Positions 55,950 to 64,000 of a stretch of DNA of 64,000 bases are shown here, piece after piece. This DNA comes from Iphione sp. A-MEVVRFRX5 (taxonomy: Eukaryota). The notes beneath the pieces were generated by a model. The model saw only the letters and a program-made list of their open reading frames with translations, did no database searches and was not told the origin of the DNA. A program made the position numbers and the translations under genes. The stretch is from contig OZ320314.1 in assembly GCA_976226885.1 (NCBI GenBank), positions 20,832,001 to 20,896,000 on the forward strand, in the 5' to 3' direction. Positions within the stretch are counted from its first letter, which is position 1; each line of letters begins with the position of its first letter.

Positions 55950-58840
55950 GTAGGTGTTTTTTCCCATCCGTGGGAATGAAAAGGTATAGAAAAGGGTGAT
56001 GACGTAATAGTAGGATGTCCAAGCAAAAGGGAAAGTGCCGATGGACAGTCCGAGACAAAAGGGCCGTTTGTGTTTCTTCCAAACACAAGCATTCCATAGA
56101 AAGTATCTTTATGTCATTCTTGTCCTTCCATTCCACCTTTTTTTCCCGTTTCCACACATCTCAAAGAGTTATTTGTTCAGTTGTATAGCTTTTAATGAGT
56201 AATTTATTCTGTTGTGTATTTTTTTCATGAGTTATTGCTCTGCTGTGAATTTTAGTTCCGTGGGTGATCAGGGATAACAAGAGGGGCCGTGTACATGGAA
56301 TTACCCGTTCCGTGAGAGTGTGGGAAAGTCTGTCGAAACAATAAAATTCCTCCGACGCTTACCGTACGGGGAGAAACTCAAGCCAGACACATGGAATACC
56401 AGCCTTAAGTTCGAACTGTCAGGGCAAACCAGGGTCGCATTATTACGAGTGCACTAGCTGAATGTGTTAAAATTTCTGGTTAGAGCTTATCCAATGTGAA
56501 CCCTGATTAGAGACTGACTCAAACACTCCTGAGAGAAAAATAGCAGGTGTGTCAAGCTTAATTACAGGTGCCTCAGATCGAGCCTGTCGAACCACCTGTC
56601 CAGCTCCTGGACAACATGGCCACCTTCTATCTCTCTTCATCTGCTGTAGGATGCGTCGGTCCAACTAACGTCGAAGTATGAAAATAAACGTCGAAGCATA
56701 TAGTGTACACTTGAAAACATGAGCTTTGAATGGGAGGGTAGAATACAAAGCTGAGAAAGGACCCTGGATGTACTGGTGTACAGGTGAGTGTACAGACGAT
56801 ACGAGCCTGCGTTAGTAGGCCACGCATTGTCAGCACGGTCACAGCCAATTACGTCTCACGTGTCTTTGCCAAGTTATAACTCAACCATGTTAAGGGACTA
56901 ATTCGAATCCCATATCGGGTTGAAGGGGGGAGGGGGCGTTTTTACACCCGGGGCGTGAGAATCCATCCACAAAAAGAGACCCCCAAGGCAGCAGTGGGAG
57001 ACACCCATGTCCGCAGGTGGTGTGATTAAGACGCCCTAACCCACCTTGTGTCCCACGGGGTGCACTATAGAGAGTATTAACTCCATGTGAAATCATTCGC
57101 GTTTGGCATCTTCAATACACGAAGATTGGCTTCGCATATCGTAGCAGTCACATTGATATATTTGGTTAAAACCGATTAAGGATCGGCACAATGCTGCAGA
57201 AGATGAATTTCTGGATATTGTTAATGTGCAGCACGGATTTGTCGGAGGGTTCAATAATGCTTTGTACACACACACGCACACACACAATCATTATTACAAG
57301 TGATCGGCCTCTCCCCGTAATATCAAACTGCTTTGTACATGTGCAATAACATTTCTTATGAAGAATCCATCAATTAGTCAATTCAAAATAGAGCATTGGT
57401 CGGGGGGGGCAGTTGCTTTACATTAGTCTATTTCCCTTTGTCTCTCTCTACTCATAGCGGTCTTCCTATTGCAGAAGAATCGCTTCTCGTCGAGTAAAGA
57501 GTAAAGAGAGAGTAAAGAGTAAAGTACACAACCTGCAGAGTGTAACGTTTTTTCCCCTACCACTTCAACTACATGTGAAAAAAAAACCCACAAAGGGTCG
57601 TGGTTCATGTGGGTCTCTTATGAGACCAGTTCCTTCAAGGGCCGTGTTTTACGTACGCTCCCATCAAAGCAGCTCTTCTAATGGCAGTGGTCCGTTGGGC
57701 GTGGCATCATAAACTTCACTAAACTGGTCCCCCATACCTTTTGAAAGGATGTTATCAGTCCTTGGCTGCCAGTAATAATGAGCTCCAGAGTGGGAAGATT
57801 ATCTCCATGGAGAATCCTAGAAGAGAAGGCACCATGCCCTCGAGCCATTCAGGTTTCCTGGATGGTCATCAGGCAGGCCAGTTTGAAAGGCTGAGTAGGG
57901 AAGCTGTTGGCCGAAGTGTTGGCGGGCGGTTACTTTGATGTGGAGAGGTTTCTGATGACCGTGCCGTGCCTATTAGCCGCCGCCGCCGCTGATGACCACC
58001 GGTCCTCACGCACCTGATGCGGGCCCGCCGCATGCCTATTACAGAACCCGGAGGCTCTCTCGCCCCGAGGCGCCAACCGCATCTGGCCGAGACGCTTAAT
58101 ACATGTATATACTGTCGTTGTTACATGGACCTCAGAATTAACTCGAGGCTGACTTGCCAAATATACTTCTCCCGGCTTGTCTATATACCAGCACGTACCG
58201 ACGGAATCCACGTTTACATCTACATTGCGAAAGGTAAGATAGGAGCTTACATGCATAAAGCATGAGCCAGGCTTACGTGGAAGACATGTTACGCTGAACT
58301 TAATAGAATGCACGCGCCATATTTCATCACGTGTCACAGAGCATTTAAGGTTTAATGACGTTGTCATAAAGAACGGGAGCGTCTTGGAAATACCGAATTA
58401 GCCCTGTTACTGACGCCTTAATGACCTGCCTCACAACAGACCCCAGGCCCACATTGAAGGCGCTTTCATAGCAAGGTCACATGGCCAATAATGTAGACAG
58501 GGCGGACTTGGAAGGCAGCCTGACAGGCACCATAGTAGTGGGGACGGTGGCATGGGAAGGCCCCAAGCCTGCAGTGATTCACACTGTGCAGGACCTCGAG
58601 TTATTATCTCCGACTCCCTAGCTTGGTGAGTCTCCTCCTCCCCTCTGACCCGCTTCCTTGGTTACACAGGCAGTTGGCCGACAGTGGACTGTCGCTCCGG
58701 TGATACCTGTGTTATCAATCACGCTTGCTGGCGTAGGGACATATTGCATTATAGAAAGTTGGGTAAAGGGCACGCCCTTCGCCAACCTGCGGGGGGAGGG
58801 GGAGCTTTTCTGGGGTGACGGTGGGGCCCCCACCTGCTGT

Positions 58841-58987
58841 ATGCTAGTCCGGCGGGGACGACGTCTTCGCCGCTGGGCGACTGCAGTGACCCCTAGAGGA
58901 TACCTGGAGGAGCGGGCGTCGTACCGAGGGAGGGGGGTGGCAGGGGTGGAGGCGGGAGAGAGATGTCCGCCGCCGGGGATGGGGCAG
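58841..58987 (+). CDS. Candidate first coding exon, frame B (MLVRRGRRLRRW…CPPPGMGQ), proximal donor, phase 0
   Basis: Forty-nine open codons ending CAG|GTGAGG; the start context is weak. Confidence 0.3.
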
Positions 58988-59010
58988 GTGAGGCCCCGCC
59001 GGGACCGCAG
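58963..59010 (+). CDS. Candidate first coding exon, frame A (MSAAGDGAGEAPPGPQ), distal donor, phase 0 to 63165
   Basis: gagATG start, 16 codons, strong donor CAG|GTGAGG, inside a very GC-rich island. Confidence 0.5.
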
Positions 59011-61526
59011 GTGAGGCGGGTCATGCCAGCCGCCCCACCCCCGCGTTCAGGCTCCAGCGTCGAGGGTGGAGAAGGAAACCCCGAGTAGCCCAACCTTGCG
59101 AGCTGCAGTCGCGGTCATTCACGGAGAAACGAGTCAGAAGTCTCCTCGTTGCCGCTGACCCGGCGCTGACAGCGGCTGAAGGGTCAGACTTTCAGCACGT
59201 TAAACGTTCAGTGTCTTGTCTACGTGTCACGAAGGGCTTGGGCTGGGGCCCCGGGGGGGAAATGATTGATGAGCATGATTTTACCCTGCGCTATAATGGC
59301 CATAGCGGGTGGAATGTCTGGGTTGAAAATATTCCATTCAGACTTTTTAGCCATGGCGACCGGAAGACTCCGAGTGGGCAGAATATATCGATGGTGTTAC
59401 CTGTACATAAACGTCAGGGACCAAACAATGAATCAGTCAACACTAACACCTTTTCTTTCCCTCCTCACTTCCATGGACCGTGTGATTCCATTAACCAGCG
59501 ACTGCATATAGGCAACTTTCTTGTTAAGCCGGCCCCCATCTTCTCATTAGGCCAATTAAGCTGGTCCGGCGGTGTTCTCTTCTGACTCATTGACTCCCTT
59601 GTTGTATATCAGAAAGGGCCTGTGACGAGATAAAGACGGGCTAATCCTTAAATTCTCTTATGTTTAAACGGTCAGAAAGACAACAAGAAGCACTTACAGT
59701 GTTCCCGGGAAATTTCGAATTTGAACTGTGTTATGAAATTTCCATACATTAAGTTTCATTCTATTTAAGTTTCTTTTATACCGGTCAATAAAATTGAATG
59801 TGATTCACAATCAGCACGATGTTCAATTATGCACATCCCTTTAGGAAAAAAAGTACCGTTAACATTTATGCAACAATTAAATGGTGAAATCGCTTACTGG
59901 TCATACTCGCGTGAAGAATGCTAAATTCTACTGCTAACAATTTTTTGAAAGGCAAAAAAAAGGTGACTTTCCTCCGAACAGCCTATTTCTGATGGCCTAG
60001 TTGACCCCCTACCTTTTAGGTGAAACCAGTACCTGATACACCTGTACACATGACTGTTTTTTTCCATCTGAAAGCCAACAGGTGCACCGACCATATCAGG
60101 AACGCGATATATCGTCCCCTCTTAAATTCCATATCTAGACTTTCGTCTCTTCAAGTGCTGAAGGGCAAGCCGACCTAATAGTTTTGATTGCAGGCGTCTT
60201 TTAAGAGGAGGGGAGGTGTTTTCTGGTTATATGTAGTTATAAATCTAACATAAAGCCGTCGGGGGCACCTCGGAGAATGGAAGAGGCTGGTTGGTGTTGA
60301 CAAACATGCCGCCAGGTGCCCAATCGCCTGACCATTTGTTTGCTGGATCGACAGGTGCAGCTGGCGAGGAAGGATTGAACACAGTCGGGAAGGGCGACAG
60401 GGAAAGGGCAGAGTTCCTCCTTTACCGCTCGTCTAAGTTGGTTCTATTCGCATAATCGTTCGAGCAATATATATCACAGGATTGTCGAATAGTGATACAT
60501 GTACATGCACACACTTAAGATGGTGTAGTACAAGGTGGTATTGTCTCACAGTCTCTGTAACTTTCCAACAAGCCAGGCGCCTCTTTATCTCATACCTGTA
60601 ACCCCACTTTTTCTGTCAAGTAATATTTGCTTTATCTTATCTCTAGCCGTGATAATTGAAATCCCGCGCCACAGAAGCTCTGGAACAGCACCATGCAGTA
60701 GGAATGATAGTTTATATTTCACTTTTGATCTCGGTCTAAGCCACCGAAGCTACCTCTTGTAATCTACTTCAGAGCCTTACCTATCATGGGGGTAGTTTTC
60801 TCAGCATACTGTGAGTATGCCCATACTGCTCAACCCTCGGTCTCTGCCGCCCTCCCCCCCACACACACACCCAGCTGACCGCTGCAGCTCGCACGTATCT
60901 CCGATAGTCTGCATTCCTGTCTGAGACCACTTCAAAGTTGACTGTTATCAGCGGGTGCCGCCCGCTGCTCAGAGACCGTGCGGCAGCTCAGCCTTTCACG
61001 TGCAGCAGGTGGATACAAACTGGCTGCCTATCTATCCAGCCGTATTTACTGACATAGTGAAAATGAATGTTAAAGTTTATCTTTGATTTTTAGAAGTACA
61101 ACACTAGTTCAGAAGCAAAAGAACTTTCATCATTGAAAGCAGTTGGACGATTATAGTTCGAAAAACGTACATGATTAGCATACTAATTAATAAAGCTCAT
61201 TAAGATAGCGTCCATTGATTTAGTAGTAGTGGGAATGACCCTGTGACCCGGCCGAGTTGGTAATGGTGGTTTTCAAGTGGTTGACGACGGCGAGTGATAG
61301 AGCGCAGGCTCGGTTGGTTGCTCCCCCCCCCCCGCCGCCCGCTATCAACATCAGCCTTCGCGCCATTAGGGGCAGAGCGTTACCGGGGGCTGCTGTGTCA
61401 CCTGCCCCCAGTGTGCGCAGGGGCGCTGCAGCAGCGGGTTGTCAGTTGAAAAGGGGGACAGTCTCCGGACGGGGAGAGATGCGACTAGAGCATCCATGTG
61501 GTCTGCCTGCCACTTGAAGCGTGGTG

Positions 61527-61591
61527 GATAAAAGGAGCCACCAGCAGACGCTTTAGTATTGAGGAGCGCTGCACGTGAAGCTGGCCACGTG
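61527..61591 (+). promoter_or_regulatory. Candidate promoter elements for the MGMQ exon: TATA-like GATAAAA and two CACGTG E-boxes
   Basis: GATAAAA at 61527-61533; CACGTGA at 61572 and 61586; GC-rich island upstream (61250-61520). Confidence 0.3.
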
Positions 61592-61751
61592 AAACGCCTG
61601 TCAATATTTGCATCCTGGGCCCCTGGCTATTGACGAGGAAGGCACGAGCTGACAGCCACTACAGAGTCAATGTAACCCAAGTAGAAAGAGGGCAGGGTTT
61701 CCCCAAGCACAGGCCAGGGACTCACCTTCACTGTCACACCTGTCCTCTACG

Positions 61752-61763
61752 ATGGGCATGCAG
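61752..61763 (+). CDS. Candidate alternative first coding exon MGMQ, phase-0 donor to 63165
   Basis: acgATGG start context and a perfect consensus donor CAG|GTAAGT, 1.4 kb upstream of the phase-0 acceptor; gives MGMQ-FEIIEEG…. Confidence 0.65.
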
Positions 61764-62195
61764 GTAAGTGCCGCTAGCTCGGCGGGATCGTGTGGGCCAG
61801 CCCAAACATACACACAGACATGCATCTCCAACAGACTCCGGAGAAGGCAGCAGGTGTGTTCAGCTGCTTCACCAAGAATAGCCTACAGTTCCCTCGGCTC
61901 TAGAGAAGCGTTGCTGGTCTACTCTCTCCCAATACCCCGTCCTCGTTATTTCATCTGATCGTAAGAACTCACTGAAAAAGGACATGTCAGGGACAGGTCA
62001 GCACTGGGAAGAATGTGAGGGAAAACGTGGACGTTGTGACTGAATACTCTTCTAACTTAAGCTTGAAATGATCGGAAAGCATTTACATTCTGCTCATATT
62101 GACCGAGAACATTGGTCTACGTTGTCCATAGACTACTCTAAAACATGTGATATGTATTGACTAGAGTGCAAGTTTTCTACTTCTATTATACGGAC

Positions 62196-62223
62196 TTTCG
62201 TCCATTTTTGTGGACCTCTTCAG
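62196..62223 (-). other. Degenerate hammerhead-ribozyme-like core
   Basis: Minus strand reads CTGAAGA-G-GTCCA-CAAAAA-TGGAC-GAAA-GTC with a perfect 5-bp stem II; no stem I partner found. Confidence 0.3.
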
Positions 62224-63164
62224 GCTTTTGAAGAGCACTGTTGGGAATTCCCGATACACAATTGATAGCCTGTTATTCGCTTTCTAGTAGCCCTCAGCTT
62301 GGATTAGAATACGTTCAGATGCGGTCAACTGTGACCCTGGGGAGTATGTGCATTTACCTCACGTGTTTTGTTTAAGAAGTGACCGCTTTGGCGCGAAAGA
62401 CCTTTGCCATCTTCCACCTGACTGAATGAGTCCACCACCATTCTCTTGTGTTGTCCAATTACGGACCTCCTGTGGTCCTAGGCCACACATAGCGGTATTT
62501 ATTGAAAGGCTATGTCAGGTGGGCGCTTTATTCAGTACCTAGGGGGCACAGGTAAACTGCCACTTTGTAGCTGCGCCAGGTCTTAAGCCCATGAACAAAA
62601 GAGCAAGGTCGATGAGGCCGACTGAGACAATCCCTGCCAGCGACCCGGGCCAGAGCTTATAGGGCGTCGATGTAATGAAACCTGGCTCATACAAGGCCAC
62701 AAGAGTGGTTGGTTTTCAGCTGAAGGGTGGGAAGTATCCCTGTTAAATCCCCTCCTCATGCGGGAAACCTTTTGTGAATGAAAGAAGTAGCGATCTTAGA
62801 AGTGATAGCCCAACTCGGAACGGTGGGAAAGTCTCGGGGCAAGCACAGAAGCACAATTAGTATATCTCTTCAATGGAGTTCAAAAAGGACTTTTGTCATG
62901 TTCCTCGCGCAAATTTGGGTAACTATGTTTTCGAGGACGGTTTGAATAATGATTGTGAATGTTTTCCCTGGGATAATTCACCTAAACTGAAGTGACAATT
63001 CATTAATTCATTGAGTAAAAAGTGTCTAATAATACATTTTAGTTTCCCCTCCATGGAAATTCTCCAGGACACAGATAAATTATCAGTCATAATGTTATTG
63101 GATATTGTTAATATGTTGATGCATAAACATGTGCTCATGCCTTTCCTTCTTTTTACCCTTACAG

Positions 63165-64000
63165 TTTGAGATCATCGAGGAGGGCCTCCACATGAAGCTC
63201 GAGCTGAAGAACATCAAGCAGCAGTTCCTGTCGCTGCTTGAGAACTACGAGGCCTACGAGCAGCGGCCGGCGCTCCTGCCCAGCATGAGGGCGTCGTCGG
63301 GCGTGCCCCTCACCGAGAAGGCTATCCCCAGTCCCCGCGCCCGGGTGAGGGCGCTCTACGACGCGCGCCGGGCCAGGATCCAGGCCCGGCGTACCATGTC
63401 GTCGGCCTCTGCACCCCTCTCGGCTGCGTCTGAAACGCCGCGTCGGTCGCTGCGGCGGTCCAGCTTCCCTCATAACAATAACAACGACGACAAGGAGAAC
63501 GATAAGGAGAACGCGTGTGCGCGAAAGCATCGGCAGTGCAAGCAGCACGAGAACATCATCTCCAGCGAAGAGAAGTATGGTGGGAAGGTCACTACGTCGA
63601 CGCCCTTCTGCAAGCCCCATAAACACTGCGCCTGCCACCCGCGGACGGCGCCCAGCCAGCTGCTGACGCCCATCGCCGAGGAGGGGAGGCGGCGGGTGCG
63701 GCGCCGCGACCCGACCAGCGCGGGGTCGAGCTCGGGCGCCGCCTCGCCGACCCTCAGCGAGCTGGAGGGAGAGTACGTCATGCTGCGGTCGCCCTCGCAG
63801 GAGGGGATCGTGTCGATGGAGGTGGACAGCTACACCGACGGGCCCTCCCCGGCCCCGGCCCCGCCGCCCCAGCCGCTCTACCAGAGCCGGCAGTCGGAGA
63901 GCAAGCTGGCTGCTGACCAGACGTCCATCTGGATCAACACCAACGACAATCTCGGACTCTATTGCCCGCAGCTGCTGCAGGACGAGTCGTCCAACAAAGA
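63165..64000 (+). CDS. Large coding exon (partial, runs off the window) of the same gene: FEIIEEGLHMKLELKNIKQQFLSLLENYEAYEQ… then a disordered Ser/Pro/Arg-rich region with EYVML and PLYQ tyrosine motifs
   Basis: Long pyrimidine tract then ttacag| acceptor; 278 uninterrupted codons with very high GC3; in frame with the phase-0 donor at 45839. Missing from the ORF track because there is no stop in the window. Confidence 0.93.

Noticed and set aside
61752-61763. N-terminal MG (MGMQFE…, also MGQFEI…) as a myristoylation signal
   Set aside because: Gly2 is present but the downstream residues lack the usual Ser/Thr at position 6.
63560-63600. EEKYGGKVT resembling the IQSEC/BRAG ERKYGG motif
   Set aside because: Not followed by the IQ motif (AARTIQTAFRQY); coincidental, so no gene symbol assigned.
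63159-63781. Minus-strand ORFs of 159 and 103 aa
   Set aside because: Antisense shadows of the high-GC3 exon starting at 63165.
1-64000. CRISPR arrays, rRNA, intact tRNA genes, intact transposase or RT ORFs, prokaryotic operons
   Set aside because: None seen on either strand; the organisation is eukaryotic exon-intron.

Overview
Eukaryotic, intron-dominated DNA with no prokaryotic gene organisation. Frequent TACATGTA palindromes, CpG-rich high-GC3 exons and many short MITEs suggest a marine invertebrate, most likely amphioxus (Branchiostoma); this is inference only. Most of the window appears to be the 5' part of one large plus-strand gene that I cannot name. Two coding exons are well supported. 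The first is 45392-45839 (phase 2 to phase 0; Ser/His/Arg/Gln-rich). The second is 63165 to beyond 64000 (phase 0 acceptor; open to the window edge; predicted helix then a Ser/Pro/Arg-rich disordered region). They join in frame across a 17.3 kb intron. The main observation is two tiers of candidate alternative first exons in GC-rich patches. Those at 21.6, 24.4, 33.2 and 39.2 kb all end in phase-2 donors matching the 45392 acceptor. Those at 55.8, 58.9 (two donors) and 61.75 kb end in phase-0 donors matching the 63165 acceptor. The rest of the window is MITEs (two families with two copies each), a tRNA-derived SINE head, hammerhead-like core remnants, microsatellites and two assembly gaps. A possible C-terminal CDS fragment of an upstream gene lies at 1-39. 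Almost all ORFs in the supplied track look non-coding. All splice assignments were read by eye and need transcript data.
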